A DNA stretch of 64,000 bases from Basidiobolus meristosporus CBS 931.73 (lineage: Eukaryota; Fungi; Basidiobolomycota), in contig MCFE01000223.1 of NCBI GenBank assembly GCA_002104905.1, positions 59,290 to 123,289 of the forward strand, read 5' to 3'. Positions 27,522 through 40,519 of this stretch are shown in pieces (the stretch's first letter is position 1; each line of letters starts with the position of its first letter). Below the pieces are notes generated by a model. That model was not told the DNA's origin. It worked only from the letters and a program-made list of their open reading frames with translations, and searched no databases. The position numbers were made by a program, and so were the translations under genes.

Positions 27522-27830
27522 TTTGGACATTGTGGGAATATTTATCCAGAAGTGGATCACCAATGACAACTTGATGCATCCACAGCTTTTGTGCAAGGAG
27601 TTTGCAACAGGATTTGAGTGGCTATACTACAAACATAAAGCTGAATATGTAGATCTCAGCTGCTACTGTATTTACTTGCTATTCCTTCTTACTTGGTATG
27701 ATAAGAATATTGGACCTTGCTTCACCTTTTTGGCGTTTCCTATTGAGCAGATGTGTGGGAAATAGAAATAAGAACATTACCCTCAAGTCTGTCATTGATG
27801 TGATGAGTTGACACATGGAGTACCTAGGTT
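27522..27830 (+). mobile_element. CACTA transposase C-terminal fragment
   Basis: Matches about 45710-46050 (NIGPCFTF..MCG). Confidence 0.8.
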
Positions 27831-29410
27831 AACACTCAATAATGTAACGCTATTATAAGGAGGACTGCAGGTAGCCAGTATAACATCACCACTACCTATA
27901 TTAGCAAGCATGGAGTCAGCACTTGCTAAAGCACTTATCAGGCCATTGGTTACAGTGGCTGATAGGAGAGATGTAATGGCCCAGAGAAGTCAGAAAATAA
28001 TACAGAAGCAGAATAAGAAGTGATACATTTGGAGCAATCAATGTCTTGGGTATATATTGCAAATTCTTTGCTCCACAGAAGCAACTAAGTAGCTTGGTGT
28101 CACAGCCAAGAATTGGACCATTTCTCAATGTAGCAGCAGAGGAAAAGAGTATGGTCTTAGAAGCACAACCGCAGTGCCCAGAAATAAAGCCTACAGAAAA
28201 ACCTTTTGCAGCATGGGAGGGAGAGACTGCTGTATTCATACTCTTGCCTATAAATCACAAGACATTTAAGATCTGTGAAGCCATTGAGTTCAATGTGGAA
28301 GAATAGCCTACTATTGAAAATGTCATTAGAAGTCTAGCACAGCATCAACTAGAGTCCAGCATACCATGGGAATATTAGGAACTCCAGGCCATTGATAATG
28401 CACTTAACCTGTTCTATGGGCACAGTCCAGGATTCAACTAAGTAGGTAGATTCTGGGCCAGCATTGGTATGCTAAGAAAGTATCTCAAGAGTAGCAGAAA
28501 CTATCAAAGGCAGAAGAGCCAGGGTGTCATGGCTAAGAGCCAGTTGCTTTCTCAAGAGCTCATTTTAAACATGGCTGAAGGCTCTAAACAAGTGGCATAG
28601 AAATGGTTTTTTACCATTGTCTCCATGTTTGCCATTGAAGAAAGAGTGGTGATCCCACTAACTGACAAAGTAACATTGTCAGTACTCAATGACTATGGCA
28701 ATGCTTATAGTGGAATTTTGGATCACTAATAGGCACATCAAGAGGTTGCAGCACTACTTGAGTAGCAGTGCTCACACAAGCACACTTAAATGTTGCAAGA
28801 ACTTGCTGGAAAGACTTAGAGATGATATACTAGACCTTGCAGTGCAGGCTGAAGACCAGGACATATAGGAAACAGTGAATAAATAGCAGCATCAAGCCAC
28901 AGGGTTTCTGCCAAAGTCACAGAAAATGGTTGTTTCCGTAGAATTACTTATTGAGTGCTGGACTTTGATGGAGTTCCTTTGTGAGTGTAGGGTTTGGCTA
29001 ACTGTTAATGTTGGTTATAGAGACCTGTATAGTTCAGTACAGTTGGCAATTGAGGTACAACTGAAGTTTTGACGGAAATAAATCAATTAGTATGCATGAA
29101 AGTAAGAGACACAGTTTAGTCAGGAAGTAAAGAGTGCAAAAAAGAGGTAATACCCAAGTAATGCACTTAAATGTAGGAGATGCTAGAGTGTCAAGGATCA
29201 GAAAGTGAGAATGTTGGCAACAAACCAATTAAAAGCTATTTATGTGTTAATGTGATGAAAATCTTGACCAAATTCTCTGTGGAATCTGGGATACAATGAT
29301 TTTTCATTGGTTTTTGTGTGGTGTCCTAATGTGATCAATATCTCTTAGTCTCAGGACCTTAATTTTGCAACAGCTTTTTGATGGACTCATCACATTTATT
29401 TTTCATAGGG
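27831..29410 (-). mobile_element. CACTA fragment (ORF2 part and left TIR)
   Basis: Matches about 36600-38738 with deletions; ends TTTTCATAGGG at 29410. Confidence 0.82.
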
Positions 29411-29950
29411 GCTTTGACAATTCTAGATGCAGGATCACTGATCAATATGGTGCCCATAGTGCTTTGGGTATTGGGGATCAGAATTTGTACAAATTGAACT
29501 GTATTCCATCATATCTGGAAGCCAATAAATGTAAGTTAAGTGAAGAAACACCAATTCTTTTGCCCATGAGATTTGGACACATCACTGTTAATTATTGCGC
29601 AAAATGATCAGAGGTAAGTTAATTTCCACAGTAATAGATGATAACCCAGGTAACTGGGAGAAATGTGAAGCCTGCATTTATGTGAAACAAGTCAGACAAA
29701 AGTTGGAGAGCTCTTGGTCAAGCAAAACTAAGGAAAAATCAGATCTAATTTACTTAGACCTGTGATGACCTGTGCAATACCTACCCTTAGGCAGGATGAA
29801 GTATTTAATTACTTATAGTGATGATTATATAGATACACAGGTGTCTACTTCATTATCAGAAATGAAAAAGCTCTGTCTAAGCTCAGGGAGTATAGAGCCT
29901 AGTGGTAGAGATAAACTGGTGAAATACCAAGAAAACTCCCAAACAGATTT
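29411..29950 (+). mobile_element. copia-1 fragment (GAG-pre-integrase and integrase start)
   Basis: Reverse complement matches about 49700-50200. Confidence 0.8.
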
Positions 29951-31853
29951 CAGTTAGGTCAGTCTCTGGGCTAATTGGACTTAATTAAAAGATATAAATA
30001 AAGCTTACTGAACATCCTGGCTCAGTGCGTGTCACAATAAAGTTAAAATTGTGTCTCAGTAAAAATAAGATCTTAGGAGTCACATTCTGGTTTCTATCCA
30101 AGCTTAGCACATCTAGCACTGCCATCAGCACAAAGCTTAGCTTGCAGAGCAAACCAACTCTGTTGCATTCATAGCCAAACCTAGTTATATACAAGACCAG
30201 TATTAGTCCAGAGCCTCTCTGCTAATATATCTGCCACTTCTGAAAATTCTGAGATTCTACACTTTGTTGTCACTTAGGCTCAGTTAAACCATTCAAGAGT
30301 TTTATTGCTCTTTTCCCTTGAATACTACAATTGTAGTACCTGCAAATTGACTCATCCTGATATCTCCTGAGCTCTGAACTACTGGCAAAGATTAATTGGA
30401 TCCTACATGGAAATTCAGCCAATGAAATAACAGGGCATGAGGAAGCATATGAAGAATCGACAGTTCAAGACTATCACAACAACTTTGAGTTTCTGACTAA
30501 AATTGCAACTGTTTGAGAAAAGAAGGAACTAATGACGCTGCTAAAAGCCATAGAGGTATCACTCACCCTCAATGGCCAATCATATGTAGCATTACTGGAT
30601 AATGGATCATCAAACTCTACTGTATCTCCTAATGTGGTCACAGAACTCAAGTTGGAAATCAAAAAGCAACCAGAAACAATCATGCCTGCAGCAAGGGACC
30701 TCTCAGCTCCTAAAATTGGTGACACCAATCCAATTAACAAACACTGTGGTTTGTTAACTATAATCCATCAAATGGAAGTTATTGACATTCCAGATAGGCC
30801 TTGGGTAGTTATTGATCTAGACACCTTCACCAATGTTGGCTTTCAAATAGGCAGACAACCAGTTTCCTATCCTGGATTAACTAGATCTAAGCACCTGTAA
30901 TGGATCAGTTTACAGAAACCAACTCACCCCAACTGGGAGAAGAGAAGTCAACCCCAACTTTTCAAGCATGTTTTCAAGCAGTCAAGTTGGATATTCAGCT
31001 GGCCATAGAATGAAACCAAACCATTCCAAGAAACAGTTCTGCACTATTTGAGAATGCATTGTTATGCTAGAAACCCCATATGGGGAGTCTACATGGAGGT
31101 GGCAATACTCAACTCCACATTCATGTCTACACTTGATTGATGAAATAGTCCAACAGTGGGCTGACAATGGAAACATCACTAAAGCCCCAGTCAACAAAAC
31201 ATTCAACAGCTCATAGACACTTGCAACTAAGAAGGGTGCTGATAGAAATCCAACACTGATAAGACCCTGCTTGGGCACCAGACCTCTGAATAAGCTTCTC
31301 CATCATGATAAATTTCCAATTCTAAGAATCCAGAATTTCCTTTCCTCACTATCAGGAGCAAAAGTATTTTTCAAGCTAGACTTGAAGAATGCATGTCACT
31401 GGCTCCAAATCCATACTGATCATTAGTATAAGATTACATCTACTTGGAACAATATATAATGGATGTTTCAGGGAGCTCCCTTTGACCTAAAAACATTTGC
31501 CAGCAAGTTCAAGAGTCATGACTTTAATACTCAAGAATGTGCCATATACCTTGTAGCTTGTTAATGATGTCATTATATTTTGCACAACCTGTGATGATCA
31601 TGCAACTCAAGTCAATGCTGTAGTCAACAGACTAATAGCTGTTGGACTGATTCTCAGTGCTGAAAAATGCAGTTTGCTTGCCTCAATATCAATCTACTTG
31701 AATTATAGTTGCACCAGCTGGCCACCAACTAGACCTTTCTCAAGTGGACAATATTTTGAATGGACTAAACTAACTAGCGCCAAGCAACTTCAACTTTACC
31801 TTGGAGTATTTAACTATTTTAGGAACACATACCACACAAGTCTTCATTGAGTG

Positions 31854-32222
31854 TGTTACAAGTCTTGGTATGAGAGTTGCAGAGGAATAGGGAGTTTAGC
31901 TAGTGTTGTATTCACTAAAATTTGAACTGATCTTTATTGAGGTTCCAGCAGCTCCTTATATACATTTTGCCAGATCAATTGCTGACTAATTGTATTTCCT
32001 AATGTAGGCTGTGGCTAATGACTCATTTGATTGCATCCTCATCACCCAATAAGATCATATTTAATATATCTATTTCTGTCTGATAAGGATCTGTTGATTC
32101 ATTTGCTGACTAATGTTACTGATTTGATAGATTATACTGATATACTGGTAACCTAAACAAATAACTAGTTGATTTGACTAAAAACTGATCTAACTTAAAT
32201 ATTCAAGTAGCAGATCATAACA
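31854..32222 (-). repeat. Solo LTR of orphan family D; 4-bp TSD AGTG
   Basis: TGTTA..TAACA termini; AGTG at 31850-31853 and 32223-32226; removal restores the frame PHKSSLSDLLDALC. Confidence 0.88.
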
Positions 32223-33489
32223 AGTGACCTTTTGGATGCACTATGCTATGGCCAAGATCTCCCCTCAGCCAGGAACAGCACTCAAATCCAAGCCATTGAG
32301 TTACTCTGCAAACTGCTTCCACAGGTACCCACCTTATGTAGCCCAGACTTTACCAAGCCCTTTGTTGTTGCTACAGATGCATCTAATGTTGGGTTGGCAG
32401 CTGTCCTGTACCAGGATGAGGACCAAAATCTGCCTCACTGGATCTCTTTTCAGGCCAGCTCCCTACAATCTGCTGAGAAAGCTACTCTGTCACCAAAAAG
32501 GAGCTGCTTGTCATAGGCTTTGCCTTGAAGAGGTTTCACTAGTATCTATGGGCTAACCCTTTTACCTTGTACACTGACTGCCAAGCCCCTGCCAATATCC
32601 ATGCTCAAGAGACTCTGACTTGAATTCTTATCAAATGGCTTGATATTCTGCTTGATTATGAATATACAGTTACTCATTGCCTATGAGTTTGCAACATCCA
32701 GGCTGACCACCTATCAAGACTTTTCCTAACTTCACCATGGGAGGAACATGTGATTACTGACATAATCTGTCCCTATGAAAAATAATTTGGTTCAGCAAGT
32801 GGATCCTATCTGGATTGGCCATTGGGATCCCATGAAGAGACTGCCATAATACCAACAGCTTGGAATTAGTGACCCTCTTAACAATCTTATGACAAAATCA
32901 CAATGGCATTTTGCTAATGTTACTACCAAATAAAGTGATAAAACTTGATAAGATATGATCAGTGCTGTGACAATAATTGCATGGTATTGTTGGGATCTTA
33001 TTGCGCTCTACAACTATTTTGAATGGATCCAACCAGCCAGGGCATCTAGTTGCCTTTTATGGCAAGAAACTTGACAGTATTTAAATGGCCTCACAACAAA
33101 ACTCTGATGCATTATGTTGGCAGTATGGCAGCCTACAGCTAGTTTTGTAAAATCCTACCATACCAATTCACCAAATGGTATTTCCTTTTTCTACCTTCCC
33201 TTATGCAATTAATATATTCCACTGTGGCATCACCCCTCTTTATTTGCTTACCCACTACTACCTTGGGTATTCCACATATAGTTTGAATCAAAAAAACTAT
33301 GGCCTCCTGCTTACTAACCTATATAAATACACACACCTGCAGCAATTGACATACTTCTATCACCTCAACTTTACAGCTTTTTAGTGTGATACTTGCAAAG
33401 TTACCATATACCTTGTACTGCTGGCAACATATACATCTTGCAAACACATGCTTGGTTCTTGCCACTTCTGTTGTGAACACCTCCTGAAT

Positions 33490-33670
33490 AGACTTGTTCT
33501 ATTGTGCCATTGATCATAGTGCCAGAAAGTGCTGTATATTTTGTTATCAATTTGATATTTTAGGGTCATATGCATGTCAATTTTGATCCCTAATTGGCAC
33601 TGTATGGCACCATCTGGCATGCTATGGCACTATTGGGCACTATGATCAGCTGGAATGATGGAATAAGTCC
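33490..33670. mobile_element. 181-bp MITE related to the 26700-27432 foldback; TSD AAT
   Basis: Starts AGACTTGTTCT, ends GAATAAGTCC; AAT at 33487-33489 and 33671-33673; empty site in the sister CACTA near 46370. Confidence 0.85.
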
Positions 33671-33699
33671 AATATCCGTAAAGAACATCTTGGTATTTA

Positions 33700-36120
33700 G
33701 CCTATATATGCTCTCTCCCTGTTGGATTCTAGTCCCCTTTATAGGAGCGCTCTGTCTTTTGTTTGTGTGAGTTCCATATTGAATGGTGTAAAAGTTAGCT
33801 TGTGACCATGAGAAATCCAGCATACCTTGATAGAGTTCTCCTAATGAAAACTAGTTGCTTGTTGCACTCAACACAACCTTGCATTACTTGACTGATTACC
33901 CACACATTGGGGCTGCTTAGCTTCTTAATGCCATAGGCATAGGTGTCTCCATGTGTACATCTGTCCTCAGTATTTTGCAACTCTTTCTGGTTGGCATATG
34001 TGTGCCAACTCATCACATCCATGACAGACTTGAAGGTAACATTCTTGATGAGATTGGGATATGGTAGTGCCTGCAACATGACTTGTCTTACTATCACCCC
34101 TTAAATCTGCTCCATAGGAAACTCCCAAAAGGTGAAGCAAGGCCCAATATTCTCCACTCACTGTGCAAGATGGAGTAGAGAATGGATACAGTGGCAGTAG
34201 AGATCTGCACATTCAGCTTTATGTTTATAGTATATGTGCTCAAAGTCCATCACAAACCCCTTGCACAACAGCTTTATGTGTGTCAAGTTGGTATTGCTGA
34301 TCTGATTCTGGATAAACATTCCTACAATGTCCCCATATGATTCCTAATGCTTTCAATGTACTCTGGGTAGGAATTGCTTCAGAATGACACTTGAATAAAT
34401 GCATATGCGGTTCATTCAGTCTTTGTGTTTGTATTGTTGCATATGTGTATGAATACTGATTGGAGCCCATGAGAAGTACCTAGGGTAGTGGATACTCTGT
34501 AATATCTTGCCAATTCTTTCAAATTTCTGAGGTACCTTGAAGGGTTCATTTTGCTTGAAATGTCTTATGTACAACATGGTCATCAGTACAGGGATATTGC
34601 TGATAAGCAAATGCATTGCTTCCAGTGGAAAGCTTTTACTCAAACAGATACCCTCTATCTTATGTGTCTGAGGTTTACAATTGATTCTATATTCTGGCTG
34701 ATGGCTTATAGCTTGCCAACTTTGCTTCAATTGCATGCTGACTTCTGTACATTCTTTTTGTGGGATGACAATGTTCGTAGTGCTGGAGGTTGGGCACTAA
34801 TAATATGTGTGAACTATGGAGCAAGTCCCCTGGATCTTACATGTTTAACAGCAATGCCATCCATTGTGCCTGGAGAAACCTGCTATCTTGTTGATGACTG
34901 GGGTATGTCCTATGCAGATAATAATATGCACTTTTTCTTGACAGCCACTTACTGTTATCATGCTGGAAAGCATACAAAACTCATCCAGCAATGGATACAG
35001 GTAGCTATCCAGGTTGCACAATGATTTAGGCCCAGATACCAGTGAGACTACCATCAGATTATTGCCCAGATACCTTAAGATGGGTGGCAGATTTGGATTG
35101 ATGAGAATCAGTGGCCAGCAGGGTTTGCTGGTAGAGTACTTGTTTAATGAGAATCCATTAAGTACTAAGGCAAAGGCATGGTCATATATACCTTCAAAGT
35201 AGCCCTTACTTCTTAACAGTTTGTAATGTATGCCATCAAATATATTGGATATGTGTGCACTTGATTGATACTGAGTGCAGTACTGTATAGCTTAGCAATA
35301 TTTGTTGGACTGCATCAGCTTCCTCAGATGGGGTATTGCTGTAATATATCCAGAGTGTGAACAATACTTTCCCTCAACGGTGGTGGATTCCTAACAATTT
35401 GGACACATTGCAATGTTAGCATCTTTGGATGTGAATGCCATGTAACTTTTAGCACATGCTTGAATCAGGACAGTCTCTGGATCATATGTTGCCAGCTGCA
35501 TGATGGCTGTCCACTTGTACCATGTACATGGTAAGTTGTATCCTGGAATGATTTTGGCAAGAAGTAGTATTAAATCCTCAAAGCCCCTTTACTGATACGA
35601 GTGGAAATGTGCCACTTCTCTAGCCACAACATTACATCATCCACCAGTAGGTATATTACTGGGCTTACTTGGCTCCATAGAGTAGCTTAAGCATTTTTTA
35701 AACAGGTATTGTCTCATTGCATATTGGGATTTGACTGGGCTCATACATGGTACTGTTGTTAGGGGAGATAGGCTTACAATCCATCAGTAAACCTTCTTTC
35801 TCAGAGCTATCACTCTACATGCCATATTCAGAAGGCTGGGGTGAGCCTAAGGGTGTCACAAACTCACCTGACTCAGTTTGTGCAAGGTGACAAATATGGC
35901 CAGCTGGCAGTATAGAAGTATCAACTGGCTGGCAAGATAATATTGGTACAGTAGTGATCAATGAATGGTCAAATATGACTGTTATGGCAAAATACTCTCT
36001 GTGATCCTTGTAATACTTCCTATGCTATCTGCATGCTTCATGGTTGAGAGGCTTTCTACAATAGCCATATGGTCTTTTTTCTCTTCTCTTATGGCATTGA
36101 GTCAGAGTAGTCTTGTCCAT
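33700..36120 (-). pseudogene. CACTA transposase, degenerate
   Basis: MDKTT start at 36120; Tnp2 motifs at 34400-35300; downstream ENIGPCFTFW..PMEQI motif; many stops. 3' end approximate. Confidence 0.85.
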
Positions 36121-36342
36121 GGGGCAAACAGTCTGATCTTCAACAAAGTAACATTATTATATCACTTTTTGGTCAATACTCATGTAAATTTAGGACAGTC
36201 TTATATTTGAGACATTTCACCTACATGAATGTAAGATTCAATGATGACCTGCCATAGTAAGCATTATGGATAAGCTTGTGGTACCACATACACATGTATA
36301 TGTAACATTATTTCCCCTTTGGTTTAACTCACTACCATATAT

Positions 36343-38093
36343 ATGCTGCTAAAAAATATAGCAAAGTTGTCTGATTCACAACCAAACCCCACTGCTGACA
36401 GCAACAGAAGAACCGTTGGATAGCAGCTTGCATTGACATTCAGTGCAGCAAGCAGGGCTATATCCAAAAAAAGGGCATGTTAACAGTTTGCTCACCAAAG
36501 GTAATAATGCAGACTCCTCAGGCTCTCAGTCAAGTAGACAATTGAGTGCCTTTGCAGAGCCACAAGCTGACCGTTATGCTCAGGCAGATAAGAATGTAGC
36601 AAAGGCAGTACCCTCAGTTGAAGACCAGCAAGTGGCCCTCATAACATCACCATCACCCAATTTAGCAAGTATGTTGTCAGCTCATACCAAAGTATTAATA
36701 AAGCAATTAGGTGCAGTGGCTGATAGGATAGATGCAATGGCCCAGAGAAATCTGGAAATAGTCCAGAAACAGGATGAGCAGATAATATGTGTAGAGCAAT
36801 CAATATCCCTGGTAGAGAAAGCAGTATCTTTGCAGCAAAGAAGGAACTCAAGTAGCTCAATGTCCAGCCAAGAATTGAGCCATTTCCCAATGTAACAGCA
36901 GAGGAACACTGTACAGTCTTTGAAGCACAACAACACTGCCCAAAGATAAAGCCCACAGAAAATTTTTCACAGTGTTTGAGGGAGACAATGTGGCGTTTAT
37001 ACCAAAGACTAAAAATTAAAAGACATTGTAGATCCATGATGCTGTAGAGTACAATAATGAAGAGTGGGCAAATATCCAAGATGCCATCAGAAGTTTAGCA
37101 CACCATTACCCTAAGGCCAGCATACTATGGGACCATCAGGAACTCAATGCCAATCAAAATGCACTTGACTTGTTCCATGAGCATAATCCTGGATTCTGAC
37201 AGGCAAGTAGATTTTGGGCCAGCACTGGTGTGCTGAGAAAGGGTCTTAAGAATAGTAGAAACCATCAAAGGCAGAAGAACAAGGGTGTCATGGCTAAGAA
37301 CCAGCATCTTCCTCAAGCGCCTGCTACAAGCAGGGCCAAAAGCTCCAGCCAAGCAATAAAGACACATGAGGTAGCTGGAAGAGTGCCAATTAGGGACAAG
37401 CAGGCAGACACAGACTCACCAGCACAACATTTATCAAGGAAATAGAGTAGTACCACTCAAGAAGCAGTTAGTGAAAGTAGAAGTGAAGGCACTGCCAGTG
37501 ATAAAAGCCAGCAACTTTTACAGGTACCTGTCACTACTACAAATGAGAGCTTGAAACAAGCAGAAAAAAAATGTCAGGTTGCCAGAGCAGTGCCAGCAAG
37601 GGACATGCAGGCCACAACAGATGTATCAGAGCAGAATTTATCAAGGAGGAAATGTAGTTCATTACAAGAAGCACTCAGACAAAGTAGCAGTCAAAGACCT
37701 GGCAGTGATAAAGGAAAATGTAAAGGGAAAAAAGTCTACCCAAGTCTAAGACAGGGAGGCATGCAAAAAACACTGCAGTTCTTGCCAATTAACACCTCAA
37801 GCCTGGAACAGACTGAATCCCATCATAGCCAAGAAGAATTATCAACAAGAAAACAGCTGTCTTCACAAGAGTTGGAAGTGTAGCCAGTTGAGCTACACTT
37901 CAGCAAAGTAGATGAGTTTGCAGAAAAAGGCAATTTGTCAACCACTGACTCCACATCCTCCATTGCTGACAGAGTGGAGATCCCACTGACAGACAAGGCT
38001 TCAATGTCAAGAACTCAAAAGACTACCATAATGCCTTCAGTAGAATTCTGGAACATTGATAGGCACACCAAGAGGTTGCAGCACTTCTTTTAA
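36343..38093 (+). pseudogene. CACTA ORF2, head-to-head with the transposase; unknown function (coiled-coil, helical domain, low-complexity tail)
   Basis: The same frame is recognisable in copies at 23030-23845, 27830-28560 and 42230-43701; most stops are transition-derived (CAA>TAA, CGA>TGA, TGG>TAG). Confidence 0.65.
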
Positions 38094-39844
38094 TGCAGTG
38101 CTCAAGAAAATGCACTTGAATATTGCAGGAATTTATTGCAAAGACTGGCAGATGAGGTGCTAGACATTGAAGTGCCAGCTGAAGACCAGGACATGTGGGA
38201 ACCAGTGAATGAACAGTGGCATAAAGCTGTTGGGCTCCACTCAAGTAGTGGAATCAGAGCATTAAAACAGAAATACTTATTGAGTGGTGGATCTTGATGG
38301 AGTTACTTGTTAATTGTGGGGTTAGGCTTAATGTTATTGTAGGATATAGGGACTTGTATAGGTCAGTACAATTGGCAATTGAAGTACAACCGAAGTTTTG
38401 ACGGAAATAAATCAGTTTGTATGCATGAATAGTAAGAAAAATGGTTGAGTCAGGAAGTAAGGAGTGTGAAAAAGAGGTAATAGCCAATCAATGCACACAA
38501 ATGTAGGAGGTAATACAGTGTCTGGGATCAGAACATGAGAAAATTGGCAGAGAACCAATCAAAAGCTACTTTGTATTGTTGTGATAAAAAATTTTGATCA
38601 AGTTTTTTGTGAACTCTGGGGTGCAATTATTTTCAATGGTCTCTGGATGGTGTCCTGACAGGATCAATTCCTCTTAGTCACTGGATGTTTACTTTATGGT
38701 GGCCTTTGATGGGATCATTACAATAATTTTTCATAGGGTGTAAACTCACTACAGCTTCTCAAATAAAGCCTCAACTGGATTTGGTAACTTGGAAAATCCC
38801 TCATGCTGATGAATAGAAAATGTTGATACAAAGGAGTTATCTACTTGGCCCCTTTGGAGCTTACACACTTATGAAGAACTCCACTCTGATGGATATCACT
38901 GGCCAAATATCAGAGCTGACAGCCTAGAATCTTTCAAGTCTTGCAGACAATGTCAGCTTTGCAGTATCAGCAACCATGTATTTCACCCTGAGTCCCATCC
39001 ATGCAAGCCTTCCTATGGATCATATTGCAATTGATCTAGCTGAGCATTTTACCACTAGTGATGAGTGTAATCACTACCACTTAGTAATTGTGGATGTGTG
39101 CACAAGTTTTGTCTTCTTCAAAGCTATCCCAGAAAGTATCCTGCCACTATTGAACAAGCATTATTCAAACTCTTCTGCCTCTTTGGATTTTCTAAGGTTA
39201 ATCAATCATATATTGGAACAGAATTTGTGAATTATATGATTGAAGCCCATTGCTAGAATAGCACCATTGATCACCATCTGATCTCTTCATATTATCCCAA
39301 AGCTAATGCACTTGCTGAGAGGCATGCTCAGACCTCAGTGAACATCATCAGGAAATGCATCAAAGGTATCAAGAAGAATTGGGACAAGTACATTCCCATT
39401 ATACAGTATTCTATCAACAGCAAAATTACAGCTCTATATGAATCAATGCAACTTTCTTTAATGTTTGGAAGAGAATTCAAAAACTTTGTAGACTGCCAGA
39501 CTACAGAGTTGGCAAAGTTGAATACAGACAAGTTAAAGAGCTGGATTGAGTACCTTACCAATATTGTCTACCCTGCCATCAGTGCCAGATGTAGAGCTTC
39601 ACAGTAATAGAAGACTTCAACACATACCACAAGACACAGGAACAGCAGATTCTCAGATGGTTCATATGTCACAGCACTGGATCCAATTGTACAGTCTAAA
39701 ATTGACCCCAAATATGAAGGCCCATTCAAATTTGTCAGATGCACTACTGGAGGATCTTATGTACTTCAGAACAATACTGGTGCACTGCCACCCAACAACT
39801 TTCCACCTTCTTCACTCAGAATTTTATCTCAAGAACCAGTTACT

Positions 39845-40005
39845 TCTGCATACTATGAAGTTGAAGCTATTGTAGACCATGATGGAGAAGAGCCAAATTG
39901 CCTTTATTTCATCAAGTTGAAAGGTTATGATACCAAACATAACACTTGGGAACCTTATACCAACTTTGGTGATGTTGCCATCATGGATCGGTATTGGAGC
40001 TGCAG
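39845..40005 (+). other. Chromodomain at the integrase C-terminus
   Basis: YYEVEAIVDH..LYFIKLKGYDTKHNTWEPYTNFGDVAIMDRYW. Confidence 0.88.
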
Positions 40006-40519
40006 GGGGACCCAGAAGGTATCAGAAAACTCCTCTTCCAGGAGTAGTAGTTATTGTGCTGCAACATTTGAAGCTTAGCAAATTTTGCTCCATCAGAAAA
40101 TATAGTACCTTAACAGATTTTCCCTAACCCAAACATAACTAATCCTAGTAATGGTTTATCTCATCTCATCTCTGTATCTATTTTTATCTGTCTCACCTGA
40201 TCATTTTGCATGTAGCTATTACATCATTGACTTATCTGCCAAGTCTCCCCAGGTGGTTGATTGTCTGAGATCTATGCAGCAATTTGGCAGTTGCCAAGAC
40301 ATCAGCTGATTAATGATGCAATTTTCATTTATCTTATGCACCTATCAACATCCCAGCAGATTTCAATTAGTCCAGTATGGTTTAGTGTATGTCTCAACAA
40401 AGTTAAGATTGTATCTCAGCAAGATTAAGAATTGAACAATTATGTTCTAGTGTCTACCAAAGCCTAGGATATCTAGCACTCCCAAGAACACCAAGCTTAG
40501 CCTGCATAGCAAACCATCT

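Larger units (their letters stand above)
32771..38738 (-). mobile_element. End-to-end CACTA/EnSpm element (5968 bp); TIR CCCTATGAAAAAT; TSD TGT
   Basis: CCCTATGAAAAATAATT at 32771 and AATAATTTTTCATAGGG ending at 38738; TGT at 32768-32770 and 38739-38741; host pol continues across the site. Confidence 0.95.
29950..40519 (+). mobile_element. Degenerate chromodomain-bearing Ty3/gypsy (chromovirus), interrupted by solo LTR-D and a CACTA
   Basis: Protease YVALLDNGSS (about 30580); RT about 31000-31850; RNase H PFVVATDASNVG (about 32350); integrase GYHWPNI..CRQC and PMDHIAIDLA (38900-39600); chromodomain about 39850-40000; diverged LTR-like direct repeats at about 30030-30170 and 40390-40515. Confidence 0.85.

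Noticed and set aside
30205-30235. tRNA-Met PBS for the chromovirus (TAGTCCAGAGCC)
   Set aside because: It only loosely resembles TGGTATCAGAGC and the LTR end is not defined, so it is not called.
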